This document shows positions 48,229 through 57,706 of a stretch of 64,000 nt of DNA, one piece after another. The notes under the pieces were generated by a model, which ran no database searches, was not told the origin of the DNA, and saw only the letters and a program-made list of their open reading frames with translations. Positions within the stretch are counted from its first letter, which is position 1; each line of letters opens with the position of its first letter. Source of the stretch: an uncultured Spirochaetales bacterium (GTDB lineage: Bacteria > UBP6 > UBA1177); contig CACYHH010000002.1 of the NCBI GenBank assembly GCA_902774115.1, positions 115,894 to 179,893 on the forward strand, in the 5' to 3' direction. The position numbers were made by a program, and so were the translations under genes.

Positions 48229-48753
48229 ATGAAAAAATATTCGTTCGTTTTTCTCGTTTTTGCTGTTTTTCTGCTCTCATCGTGCGGCGGCAGCGGATCT
48301 TCGGCTGATATTCCCGAATGCGGTGAAAATCCCGTTTTTCCATGCGTCGATGCGGCGAGCGGTTTTGCATGGTCTGCAAAGACTTCTCATTCAAAAGTAT
48401 GGAGCGAGGCGGTGTTTTACTGCGAAAATCTTGAAGAAGGCGGTGTCAAAAACTGGCGTCTGCCTAATATCGACGAACTCAGGACTCTTGTTCAGGACTG
48501 TTACGGCACGGTCACTGGCGGAGAATGCAGGGTCAGTGATGAAAGAAACTGCCTTTCCTACGATTCATGCTGGTCGACATTTTGCCTGTGTTCATTCGAT
48601 GAAAGCGGGAAATACAGCAGATTCGGTGATTCGGGCGGATTGTGGTCGTCTTCCGAAGCGGGAGAAGAAGGAGCATGGTATATCAATTTCTACGAAGCGG
48701 AAATCGTGGATGTCCATAAACAGAACAGTTATGTCGTGCGCTGCATAAATTAG
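48229..48753 (+). CDS. DUF1566 (Lcl C-terminal-like) lipoprotein
   Basis: LSSCGG lipobox, WSEAVFYCENL, WRLPNIDELRTL, LWSSS, AWYINF, VVRCI. Confidence 0.8.
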   Translation: MKKYSFVFLVFAVFLLSSCGGSGSSADIPECGENPVFPCVDAASGFAWSAKTSHSKVWSEAVFYCENLEEGGVKNWRLPNIDELRTLVQDCYGTVTGGECRVSDERNCLSYDSCWSTFCLCSFDESGKYSRFGDSGGLWSSSEAGEEGAWYINFYEAEIVDVHKQNSYVVRCIN

Positions 48754-48785
48754 TGCCACGGTTTTTTACCAATTTGGTTTCATGC

Positions 48786-48813
48786 TTGACTTAAAAAGTT
48801 TTGCGTGTAAACT
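48786..48813 (+). promoter_or_regulatory. Sigma70-type promoter with extended -10 TG
   Basis: TTGACT-N16-TAAACT. Confidence 0.68.
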
Positions 48814-48869
48814 TCTTCCGTTTACTTGGTTTTTGGCTTTTTTATTCTTTTTATTTTTGGAGGTTTTTT

Positions 48870-50036
48870 ATGAAAAAGTTTTGGATGATTTCAATGCTTC
48901 TTATTGCAGCTCTTTTCGTAATCAGCTGCGGCGAAGCAGAAGTAGAAGATGCTACATCTGATGGAAACTGCACAGAAGGTCAGTACAGATGTGACGGACA
49001 GGCTCTTAAAGTTTGCGGCTCGAACGGATTCTGGACACTTAAAGAAGACTGCAACGGTGAGACCCCGAAATGCAACGCAGAAAAAGGTACTTGCGAAGCT
49101 GCTTCCGAGGGCGGAAACGAAGAACCGACAACTGAACCGACGACCGAACCCACGACCGAACCGACAACTGAACCGACGACCGAACCGACAACTCCGAACC
49201 AGGATGCTATGCAGGCATGTGCTGAAATTTATCAGTGCTTCGCTCAGTGCCAGGACAACGAATGCGCTAACGCATGCGTAAACGATGGCGATCCTGCAGG
49301 TCAGGACCTTTTCATGACGATGTACAACTGCTGGTCAAACAACTGCGCAAGCGCATCGACAAATGAAGAATTTACGGATTGTGTTGTTGCAAACTGCAAC
49401 GCTGAAACAGAAGCATGCGGTCTCCGTGTAACGCCGGCTGAAGGTGATTCCAGCTACAATGCAACTTACGGTTCTCTTTCAATCAGCTTCTCAGTTGATC
49501 AGATTGCAAACGATTCTGATGCCAACAACCAGCAGAGCACAGTCGGTATTACTCAGGCTGCATTCGCAACCGGAACTTACGGCAACGGTTCAACTTCCGT
49601 TACCCCGGCTGACGCTTACATGATCCAGTCGATGGCTTCATACTACGAGCAGAGCCAGAATGGCCAACTCTACAAAGGTGTTCAGGTTCAGCAGATTCCT
49701 GTTTATGTTCAGGGCAACCAGGGTGTAGGCGGCAACCCGCTCGTAATCCTTGACATTCCTGAAGACAGCGCTGCAGTCGGTGCTATTAAAACCTCTCTCT
49801 ATCAGGATGGTCAGGCTCAGCTTTATGTTGTTGACGTAAACTGGAGCACTTCACAGATCAGCTGCTTCCATGCTTTCGGTGAAGGCACTGTAAACATCAC
49901 CAACATCGGTGACATCGCAAATCACGGTGCTCTTGCTATTAACGGAAACGTAACGCTTTACAGCCCGAAGAACTATGACGGCAACGGCGATATTTCCAGC
50001 CAGCTCGGTGTTCCTGTTTGCAACCCTGTTCAATAA
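48870..50036 (+). CDS. Cys-rich surface lipoprotein with EPTT repeats
   Basis: VISCG lipobox, CTEGQYRC module, (EPTT)x6, CAEIYQC...C...C...C helical Cys module, beta-rich C-terminal domain; ATG 48870 behind GGAGG. Confidence 0.78.
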   Translation: MKKFWMISMLLIAALFVISCGEAEVEDATSDGNCTEGQYRCDGQALKVCGSNGFWTLKEDCNGETPKCNAEKGTCEAASEGGNEEPTTEPTTEPTTEPTTEPTTEPTTPNQDAMQACAEIYQCFAQCQDNECANACVNDGDPAGQDLFMTMYNCWSNNCASASTNEEFTDCVVANCNAETEACGLRVTPAEGDSSYNATYGSLSISFSVDQIANDSDANNQQSTVGITQAAFATGTYGNGSTSVTPADAYMIQSMASYYEQSQNGQLYKGVQVQQIPVYVQGNQGVGGNPLVILDIPEDSAAVGAIKTSLYQDGQAQLYVVDVNWSTSQISCFHAFGEGTVNITNIGDIANHGALAINGNVTLYSPKNYDGNGDISSQLGVPVCNPVQ

Positions 50037-50057
50037 GTAATTTGAATAAGGATTTTC

Positions 50058-50086
50058 AGAGCCCCTCTCCGGAGGGGCTTTTTTTT
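50058..50086 (+). terminator. Rho-independent terminator
   Basis: AGCCCCTC-TCCG-GAGGGGCT-TTTTTTT. Confidence 0.9.
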
Positions 50087-50277
50087 GCCCTTGAATCGCG
50101 TATTCGATAAAGACTATCCCCAACTGTCTGTTATTGTTTTTTTGCATCTGACGAAGATTGCGTGAGCCTGAAACGGCATTTTTATGTTTTAAAGCCAAAG
50201 CAATTTCTGAAACGATCGTAAAAAAGAGTCTTGATTTTTTTGTTAAGAAAGTCTTTTATCGGGAGTTTTTCAGGAAT

Positions 50278-52374
50278 TTAGAGAAGATCGAGAGCGCAGC
50301 CGCTGCTTTTTGATTTTGATTCCGCTTCTTTCATGCAGAATTCCGAGCAGCCGTCGCCGTTGATTTTGTTGCCGTCGTCGCACTGTTCGCCCGGGTCGAG
50401 TGTGCCGTTTCCGCAGTCGCTGGTATCGGCAGGATCGGTATCGTCAGCGGTTTCGCTTTCGTAGCAGCCCGATTTATCCCAGCCCAAGCAGTTTGAAGCA
50501 CATACCGCAGTTCCGTTTTCGGGAGTTCCTGCAAGCTGAGAGCACGGAATAGTGTTGCCGTCACAGATTTCGTTTGCTTCAATTACGCCGTTTCCGCAAA
50601 CAGGACCGGTCGGCTCAGTCGGTTCAGTTGTCGGTTCAGTCGTCGGCTCAGTCGGCTCAGTCGGTTCGGTCGGCTCAGTCGGTTCAGTCGGTTCGGTAGG
50701 ATCAGTCGGTTCATCCGGGTTATCAGTTTCAGGATCGCCGCTGCATACAACCTGACTGACATCTTCACCCGCCTTTTTGAGAGCTCTTTTGACAGCTTTG
50801 CATGCGTTGATTCTGCCGTAGCCGTATTTCGTGTTGAATCCGTTCGAATAGTTTACACCGCCGATTTTGTCTGAAGTTTTGACATAGATATCGTAAACCT
50901 GATCTCTTGTCAGATTCGGGTTTGCCGAAAGGACAAGTCCGGTGATTCCGGCAGCAAGCGGGCAGGCCGAGGAAGTTCCGCTGAAATCGTTTGTGTAGTT
51001 TCCCTGCGAATCGCCGAGCGATGATTGTCCTGTGTTGTAGCCGTCTCTTCCCATGTTGTCGATAGTCCAGATTCCGTCATATTGTTTGGTATAATTTGAG
51101 TTATAGTCGGAACTCGGAACCATAAAGTCCAGTGAATTTCCGTAATCAGAGTAAATGCATCTTTTTCCGTCAGCTCTCGAAGCGCCGATGGCGAAAACAT
51201 TCGGATTGCTCGCAAAACCGTCTGTTTCAATGCTTTCATTGCCGTTACCGGCAGCGAAAAGAATTATGATTCCCTTGCCGTCTCTGCCTTCCGTTACAAG
51301 TTTGGTGACAGTGTCCTTTAAAGGCTGGCTCATATCTTCAGCGCCATAGTTGTCAGCTGGTCCCCAGCTGTTTGACATAATGTCTGCCCCTGCATCAGCT
51401 GCCCATTCGAAAGCCTCTTTTCCGATACTGCTGAGTGATGCATCGCCGGCCAGATCGATTCTGACCGGAATAAGTTTGCAGTTAGGGCATGCTCCGGCTA
51501 CACCTTTGCCGTTGTCAGCCTTTGCAGCTGCAACTCCGGCACAGCATGTTCCGTGCATATCGTAATAATCCGAACTCCAGCCGACATTTTCGTAAGAAGG
51601 GTCGTTGTCATTGCCGCGGAAATCGTATCCTGCAAGAAACTGACCGCTCATATCTTCGTGATCGAGGTCGAAGCCGTCGTCAATGATCGCAAGTTTGATT
51701 CCTTCTCCGCCGATATTGCCTTTGAATGTCTTCAGGACTTCCCACGCTTCGGCAACACGTGCATGGTCGCTGCCGGTAAGCTGCGAATTTGTGCCGTCGT
51801 TGTGAAGATGCCACTGGTTTGAAAAAAGCGTGTCGTTCGGAATGTAAGCCCTTTTTTGAATATTGATGAAAAAATCGGGTTCAGCCTGCGTTGCGGTTTT
51901 GGAATCAACAAGCGCCGCAGCTTTTTTTATCGGGTTTTCCTCGACGGAAACCAGATACCATTCCGGAGTGTATTTGTATTGTTTGATCAGCTTCATTCCG
52001 TGTTCTTCGCACCATTTTTTTGCATTTTCGGTATTCGGAACGCCGGGGATTTTGACGAAAATCTGGTTGCTGACATGAACTTTGCCGCCCTCTTTTTTTC
52101 TGTATGCGGGAAATAAATTGCCTGAATTCTGCAATGTTTTCAATGTGTTTGCATCATTGACCTCAATGATGGAGATGTTTTCGTGCCTTTTGATCAGTTT
52201 AACATCCGCCGGAAGAGTGAAATCGGCTCTTGTTTTAGAAGTTCTGATGAATGAATAGCTCGAAAAATCCTCGGTAAGTTCGATTTTTCTGCCGTTGGAA
52301 TAGTAGTAAAGCGTCTCGGCGGACAGAGCAGCCGCAAAAAGCAGTACAGTCAGAAAGAAAATCAGTTTTTTCAT
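50278..52374 (-). CDS. Secreted S8 (subtilisin-like) peptidase with Myxococcus-type Cys-rich repeats
   Basis: Catalytic IIDDG, HGTCCAG, AAGNG, GTSSACP; EPT repeats; CGNG...EQCDDGN..NGDGCS..C; ends SSGCALDLL. Confidence 0.9.
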   Translation of the reverse strand: MKKLIFFLTVLLFAAALSAETLYYYSNGRKIELTEDFSSYSFIRTSKTRADFTLPADVKLIKRHENISIIEVNDANTLKTLQNSGNLFPAYRKKEGGKVHVSNQIFVKIPGVPNTENAKKWCEEHGMKLIKQYKYTPEWYLVSVEENPIKKAAALVDSKTATQAEPDFFINIQKRAYIPNDTLFSNQWHLHNDGTNSQLTGSDHARVAEAWEVLKTFKGNIGGEGIKLAIIDDGFDLDHEDMSGQFLAGYDFRGNDNDPSYENVGWSSDYYDMHGTCCAGVAAAKADNGKGVAGACPNCKLIPVRIDLAGDASLSSIGKEAFEWAADAGADIMSNSWGPADNYGAEDMSQPLKDTVTKLVTEGRDGKGIIILFAAGNGNESIETDGFASNPNVFAIGASRADGKRCIYSDYGNSLDFMVPSSDYNSNYTKQYDGIWTIDNMGRDGYNTGQSSLGDSQGNYTNDFSGTSSACPLAAGITGLVLSANPNLTRDQVYDIYVKTSDKIGGVNYSNGFNTKYGYGRINACKAVKRALKKAGEDVSQVVCSGDPETDNPDEPTDPTEPTEPTEPTEPTEPTEPTTEPTTEPTEPTGPVCGNGVIEANEICDGNTIPCSQLAGTPENGTAVCASNCLGWDKSGCYESETADDTDPADTSDCGNGTLDPGEQCDDGNKINGDGCSEFCMKEAESKSKSSGCALDLL

Positions 52375-52398
52375 AACTCAACCTCTCAAAAAATATAA

Positions 52399-53229
52399 TT
52401 ACTGTCTGGGGAATCCTTTGAACATACGCAGGTGTTCCGTTAGGATGAACGATTTTGACTTGAAGCGCTCGATTCTGGCGTAAGCGTTGTGCGAGTGGAT
52501 GCTTTCAAGATGGAGCGTTTCGACCATGAACCATTTTATTCTTTTGTCAGCCATCATTTTTTCAGAGATGTTTCTGACGACGTCTTCGGCAAAAACGGGA
52601 TTGGAAAACGCTTTTTCGGTGACGAATTTTTCGTCGGGCCGCTTGAGCAGCGGATAAATTTCGCAGCTTGCACTCTCTTCGATTACCGAAATAAGCTCTT
52701 CGATCCAGATGAATTTCTTGAACTGGACGTAAAGCGTCACGAAACTGCGCTGGTTGTGCGCTCCGAAAGCGCTTATCTCCTTCGAACACGGGCACAAAGT
52801 CGTTACCGGCACGCGAAGCCCTAAAATGAAGCTGTCGCCCGCCGTCTCGTCGCTGAAACCGCTGAAAAGAATGTTTGCCGAAAACATTGAAGTTATGCCT
52901 GAAACTGGAGCTTTTTTCCGGATGAAGTAGGGGAATCTGAGGGCGATTATCGCCTGCGGCGAGTTCAGGTGCTCTCTGGTTTTCTTTAGTATTTCCGGTA
53001 TGTTGTCCATTGTTATTTCGTGACTGTAGCTGCTCAGGACTTCAAGCATACGGCTCATGTGAGTCCCTTTGAATTCTGGAAGAAGCATGACCGTGATGTC
53101 AACTTTTGCCACGGTGTGCTGGATCTCGTTTGCTTTGTCCTTTACGACTATCGGATACTCGATATCCCATATTCCGACCTGATCGACGGTAATGTTTCTG
53201 TTGTCGATGTAATTCTGGACGTCATTCAT
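52399..53229 (-). CDS. folE2: GTP cyclohydrolase IB
   Basis: KGTHMSR, TTLCPCSKEIS, GAHNQR, LKRPDEK, ESIHSHNA. Confidence 0.94.
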   Translation of the reverse strand: MNDVQNYIDNRNITVDQVGIWDIEYPIVVKDKANEIQHTVAKVDITVMLLPEFKGTHMSRMLEVLSSYSHEITMDNIPEILKKTREHLNSPQAIIALRFPYFIRKKAPVSGITSMFSANILFSGFSDETAGDSFILGLRVPVTTLCPCSKEISAFGAHNQRSFVTLYVQFKKFIWIEELISVIEESASCEIYPLLKRPDEKFVTEKAFSNPVFAEDVVRNISEKMMADKRIKWFMVETLHLESIHSHNAYARIERFKSKSFILTEHLRMFKGFPRQ

Positions 53230-53254
53230 CTGTTGGAGCCTCTTTGATTGGGAA

Positions 53255-55060
53255 CTAATGAGTCGGTCTTGAGCATTCGTGGACTTCAGCCGGAGTTATT
53301 TCGGTGATTTTGATTTTTTTCTTCGCATCGTCGCCGCTGCCGTCGCTGACCTCAATTTTGAAGACATCCCAGCAGGTGTCGGTCTGGTTCATCAGGAGCG
53401 TTGCCGTTTTTTCTTCAACGCCGTGAGCATAAGCCTTTACGACCGCAGTTGACGGACCTTTTGAAGTGTCGTAAGCGTGGACGACAACAGTATAAGTTCC
53501 GTTGTCAGGCTTGTTTATCGTAACGGTTTCAGGTCCGATACCGTTGGTGTTGTCGATGTCGAGGAAAGGATCGTCCTTCGTGTCGCCTTCAACGCCCCAG
53601 TCCGGTCTTTCGCCAGAATACTGCGGCGAACAGTTCCAGAAGTAGCAGTCGCTTACCAGATCGCCGAATTCGCCGTCAGGTCTGATGAGGTGAAGGTCGA
53701 TATCGGAATTCTTGTTGTTCCAGAGCAGTTTTACTGCAAGGTCGTCGTCTGAAACGGCTTCGATCGTGCATTCTTCCGGCTTGCTGCTGATGCCCTGCTC
53801 GTTGATGACGATCAGTCGGACAGTGTACGAGCCTTTCATTTTTGCCTGGAATGCGGCGCGGCTTATCTTGTTTGACGGATCACCGTTCAGAGGTGAGCCC
53901 GCGCGGTTTGAATCGTCAACTATATCAAGCGAAATTCCGCCCGGAGTCGTTGAGAAACTCCAGAGATATTTAAGGTTTTCCTTGGATTCGCCGTCGCTGT
54001 CGGTGCTTCCGCTGCCGTCAAGTACAGCCCATTGGAAAACGGAGACTGTTTCGGGTTCGCATTTGAGCTTTGCCGTCGGATATTTTTCGACGTTCGGACC
54101 GCATTTGAGGGAGATTCTCTTGTTTGCGTTCTTGCCGTATTCTGTCGGGTCGGTGTTGACGATAAGAAGTTCGCCGGTGAGCGGAACAGGATATTCTTTG
54201 TCGTTGTAGCAGCCGATATTGAGCGTGAGTTCTTCGCTGGGAGCAATGCTAACGCCCGGTTCGGGAGCGTCTTTGATGAAAAATCCCGGTTCGCTGGAGC
54301 TTTTCGACAGTCCTTCTGAGATAACGACTGACGACAGCTTGAGATTCGCCGTTCCTTTATTGTAGACAATGACATCCTGCACGCTTTCGGAGATAACGTC
54401 TGTGAAAACAAGCACGTCGTCGTCTTCATCCTCGTCCATGGTTTTTACTTCGATTCTGCCGCTCGGTTTTGTCTGTGCAGTCAGCGGGATCAGGAAGCCG
54501 GAGTCTTTCTTGCACTTGTCGTTGCTGTCTATTTTAAGGTAGCGGATCTGTTCTTCCCAGGTGGAAGCGACGACGGAGATACCGATTTCGATCTCTTCAT
54601 CGTTTTTGAGGTTTACCGGACCGTTTGCAACAGGATTCGACTCGATCTTGAATGTTCCGGCGTCTTCGTTACCGCTTTTGTCGACAATGGAAATCCCTTT
54701 GATAACAAGAGGATCGGCATCGGTGCACGCATAGCAGCGGTTCATGATGTAGATGTATTTCGTGAGAGACTGTTCGCCGAAAAGTACACCGGAAAAAAGG
54801 AGTTCTTCATTTTTCGGTTTAAGCCTGTTGTCGGCACTGGAGTAGTTGCAGTCGTTTGCAGTGTTTTCGTTGTCGGGTTTTTCCGGGGTGTCACCGGTAT
54901 CGGTCGTATCGTCGTCGCCGGTTTCTCCCGTGTCAGCTGTCGTATCGGTGTCGGTATCGGTATCGGTGTCGGCATAAGGATCTTTTTTATCCCCTCCGCA
55001 CGAAACGGCGATAAAAATAAAAGAAAGAAAAAAGACTGAAGAAATTATGATTTTTTTCAT
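53255..55060 (-). CDS. Surface lipoprotein with Ig-like (choice-of-anchor-D/PKD-like) and YfaP/DUF2135-like domains
   Basis: IAVSCGG lipobox, DT repeats, YNKGTANLKL, LDGSGSTDSDG..YLWSF, LLWNNKNSDIDLHL...LDIDNTNGIGPE. Confidence 0.68.
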   Translation of the reverse strand: MKKIIISSVFFLSFIFIAVSCGGDKKDPYADTDTDTDTDTTADTGETGDDDTTDTGDTPEKPDNENTANDCNYSSADNRLKPKNEELLFSGVLFGEQSLTKYIYIMNRCYACTDADPLVIKGISIVDKSGNEDAGTFKIESNPVANGPVNLKNDEEIEIGISVVASTWEEQIRYLKIDSNDKCKKDSGFLIPLTAQTKPSGRIEVKTMDEDEDDDVLVFTDVISESVQDVIVYNKGTANLKLSSVVISEGLSKSSSEPGFFIKDAPEPGVSIAPSEELTLNIGCYNDKEYPVPLTGELLIVNTDPTEYGKNANKRISLKCGPNVEKYPTAKLKCEPETVSVFQWAVLDGSGSTDSDGESKENLKYLWSFSTTPGGISLDIVDDSNRAGSPLNGDPSNKISRAAFQAKMKGSYTVRLIVINEQGISSKPEECTIEAVSDDDLAVKLLWNNKNSDIDLHLIRPDGEFGDLVSDCYFWNCSPQYSGERPDWGVEGDTKDDPFLDIDNTNGIGPETVTINKPDNGTYTVVVHAYDTSKGPSTAVVKAYAHGVEEKTATLLMNQTDTCWDVFKIEVSDGSGDDAKKKIKITEITPAEVHECSRPTH

Positions 55061-55072
55061 TTTACCCTCCTT

Positions 55073-56359
55073 TTACTGCGATACAGGCTGGACGCATCTG
55101 AAACCGAGGTTGTAATAACGGTAGTTCGGGAATGCTTTGTCGCGGGCGTAAGTCGTGATTTCATCTTCAAGCGATACCCAGCTTCCGCCGCGGATTACCT
55201 TCTCCTGCGTCGGAGAATCGGAAGGTCCTATCGGATCTTCTACGACAACTCCGTCCGTTCTCTTCTGATAGTAGGAATCAAGATTGTACCACGTGTCGGT
55301 CCATTCTGCGACGTTTCCCGCCATGTTGAAGACTCCGTAAGGCGAAGTGCCTTCTTCTCCCCACATTACCGAAGTTACGTCTCCGAAAAGAGCTGTGTAG
55401 TTGACCTGTGTCGACTCGATGTTGTCGGCGGGTTCATCGTTGCCCCACGGATATTTACGCATCGTTTTTCCGCGCGCCGCCTTTTCCCACTGCGCTTCGG
55501 TCGGAAGTTTTTTGCCTGCCCACTGGCAGAAGGTAGCCGCCTGGTTGTATGAAACCCAGATGACCGGGAATCCAGCGTAAGTCGTGTTGTTGTAGTAGTT
55601 CTGGTACATAATCGAAGTTACGTCGTAAGGTTCCGTGCAGACTCCCGCATCTTCGCAGAGTTTGTACTGGCTGTTGGAAACTTCGTATTTGTCGATGTAG
55701 TAGGCTGAAAGTTTAACGATGTTCGTTCCTTCAGACTGTTTCATTCCTTCCTCTTCTTCGTTGAGTCCTGTCGGAGTACCTTCGGGAGCTCCGTATTCGA
55801 ATTCGCCGCCGGGAATGAGGACCATTTCGGCTATACCGGCCTGGTTCGCGTCTTCCTGTTTGACCAGATCCTTCGGGAATCCGATGTGGAAGTTGCCAAG
55901 AAACTTGGTGCTTATCTTGAAAAGGTTGTTTTCAACGTCGAGTTCATAGGAATCTTCGTCAAAAACTTCGAAAGTCTGTCTGTCCATCGAGAAATAGGGC
56001 TTGAGGTCGAGCTCGTCAAGCAGATTCGGGAAATCTGCCTCTTTGTAAGGAATGACGACCGTCAGATTTTTTGCAAACTCGAACGCAGCCGGAGAAATGG
56101 AGTAGATGTTTGTGATCGGCTTTGAAACATTCGTGAAAGCCGGAGTATCAAGTGCGTATGCGGTTATTGTCACGACATCGGTCCCTTCAGGGAGAGAACC
56201 TTCCTCAATGTGGACTGTGACACCGTTGACACCTTTGTATGTTCCGCCTTTGTTGTCGAAATCCTGACCTATTTTTTTGTAAAGATACTCCTCTACGCCG
56301 CATGAAGAAAGAAGAATTGCGAAAAGAAGCACGGTGAAAATCTTTTTCAGTGCAGACAT
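55073..56359 (-). CDS. FGE-sulfatase (SUMF1-like) domain lipoprotein with ZU5-like N-domain
   Basis: LSSCG lipobox, IDKYEVSN, PVIWVS, LPTEAQWEKAARG, NMAGNVAEW, RGGSW, LGFRC. Confidence 0.82.
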   Translation of the reverse strand: MSALKKIFTVLLFAILLSSCGVEEYLYKKIGQDFDNKGGTYKGVNGVTVHIEEGSLPEGTDVVTITAYALDTPAFTNVSKPITNIYSISPAAFEFAKNLTVVIPYKEADFPNLLDELDLKPYFSMDRQTFEVFDEDSYELDVENNLFKISTKFLGNFHIGFPKDLVKQEDANQAGIAEMVLIPGGEFEYGAPEGTPTGLNEEEEGMKQSEGTNIVKLSAYYIDKYEVSNSQYKLCEDAGVCTEPYDVTSIMYQNYYNNTTYAGFPVIWVSYNQAATFCQWAGKKLPTEAQWEKAARGKTMRKYPWGNDEPADNIESTQVNYTALFGDVTSVMWGEEGTSPYGVFNMAGNVAEWTDTWYNLDSYYQKRTDGVVVEDPIGPSDSPTQEKVIRGGSWVSLEDEITTYARDKAFPNYRYYNLGFRCVQPVSQ

Positions 56360-57687
56360 TATTCACCTCCTATTACGGAAATTGAACAGCCGGAAGCCGA
56401 TGTTCCGATTTCCCAGCGCGGTTCGTCGCCTTCGATGACCTGAGTCCACTGAGTGTCGTTTTCGCTGCTGTAGCCGAAAAGCGAAACTTTCGTGACGGGT
56501 TCTACAGGATCGTTGCTGTAAATCGTGACAACGCCTTTCTGGGTGCCGACATCGTAAGGTTTGAAAAATACCGTGACCGCCGCTTTTTCACCGGGTGCGA
56601 TGTTCAGCGTGTCGGGAATTACGATAAAATTGGAGTCGTCGGATACGACTTTCGCTTCCATTGCTCTCGTTCCGATGTTTTCAACGTCGAATTCCCAATA
56701 ATCCTCGTCGCCCGGCATTGTATCGGCGAATTTGTGTGCTCTGTTCTCCATGAAAATAGCAGGAAAGTCGAATTTGACTTCCTGAGAATTGTATCTCCAG
56801 AGCTTTTCCTCGCGCAAAGGCTCGATGTTTATAGGAATCGGGAACTGAAGTTCGAGAATCCTGATCGTGATCGTAATGGTTAAAGTGATTACGATATTGT
56901 AGTAAACTTTCGACTCGTAGAAAACCGGAATCACCATAACTGTTCCTACAACCGGCGGATCTATAACGAGATACTGGTTGTCAGAGAAAACGCTTCTTTC
57001 CTGTTTTTCGTCAATGCCTATTCTGCTGCCGAACATTTCGACAAACATTTTGCCGTCAAGCTCGAAGTTGAAGTGGACAAGGCTGCAGAGATCGCCGACA
57101 ACAGGTATTGAAAGACCGCAGCTACCGCCTACCATATCCGCAAGAGTTCCTTCGTAAATCTGGAAGTGGTCTACGCTGTCTTCCATTGAAACAGGATTGT
57201 CAACGTTTCCGTCAAGAAGGAAGGGCTGGAAAGTTTTTGCATCTTCGAAGCTGAGGTCAAAATTGAGCCATTTACTGAGTTCGTGTTCCTGTTTGTCTCC
57301 GTAGCAGTTTTTATATTTTGCTTCCATGTTGATACCGTAGAACATGTCGGCGTGACCTCCGTCGGGATTTCCTTCGAAGTATACTTTGACGGCTTCAGGC
57401 CACTGCGCCTTGGATTTTCCCGTCATCTTCGTTCCCATTTCGGCGCCGTATTCAACATTGAAGAGAAGCGCTAACGGCATTAGTCCTCCGCAGTCTGACG
57501 GAAGCCAGTCTCCGGTTCCCCATTTTTTGTGTTCAACAAGCACATCACGGTATTCGAATTCGATTTCATCCGAATACTGCTCGTCGTAAACGCGCCATTC
57601 GTCTCCGTTCGGAACGATTTCCGCATTTGTCGGAAGAACCGCAAGAAGCAGAGCCGACAAAAACAATGAATCAAAGATTTTCTTCAT
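56359..57687 (-). CDS. Secreted beta-rich protein with C-terminal Ig-like (ASH/choice-of-anchor-D-like) domain
   Basis: Sec signal, VENIGTRAM...IAPGEKAAVTVFFKP...IYSNDPVEP; ends SASGCSISVIGGE. Confidence 0.65.
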   Translation of the reverse strand: MKKIFDSLFLSALLLAVLPTNAEIVPNGDEWRVYDEQYSDEIEFEYRDVLVEHKKWGTGDWLPSDCGGLMPLALLFNVEYGAEMGTKMTGKSKAQWPEAVKVYFEGNPDGGHADMFYGINMEAKYKNCYGDKQEHELSKWLNFDLSFEDAKTFQPFLLDGNVDNPVSMEDSVDHFQIYEGTLADMVGGSCGLSIPVVGDLCSLVHFNFELDGKMFVEMFGSRIGIDEKQERSVFSDNQYLVIDPPVVGTVMVIPVFYESKVYYNIVITLTITITIRILELQFPIPINIEPLREEKLWRYNSQEVKFDFPAIFMENRAHKFADTMPGDEDYWEFDVENIGTRAMEAKVVSDDSNFIVIPDTLNIAPGEKAAVTVFFKPYDVGTQKGVVTIYSNDPVEPVTKVSLFGYSSENDTQWTQVIEGDEPRWEIGTSASGCSISVIGGE

Positions 57688-57706
57688 CGCTTCACCTATA
57701 TTTCTG

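Noticed and set aside
50087-50277. Possible small RNA in the 190-nt gap between convergent genes
   Set aside because: No convincing promoter, stable structure or known motif recognised by eye
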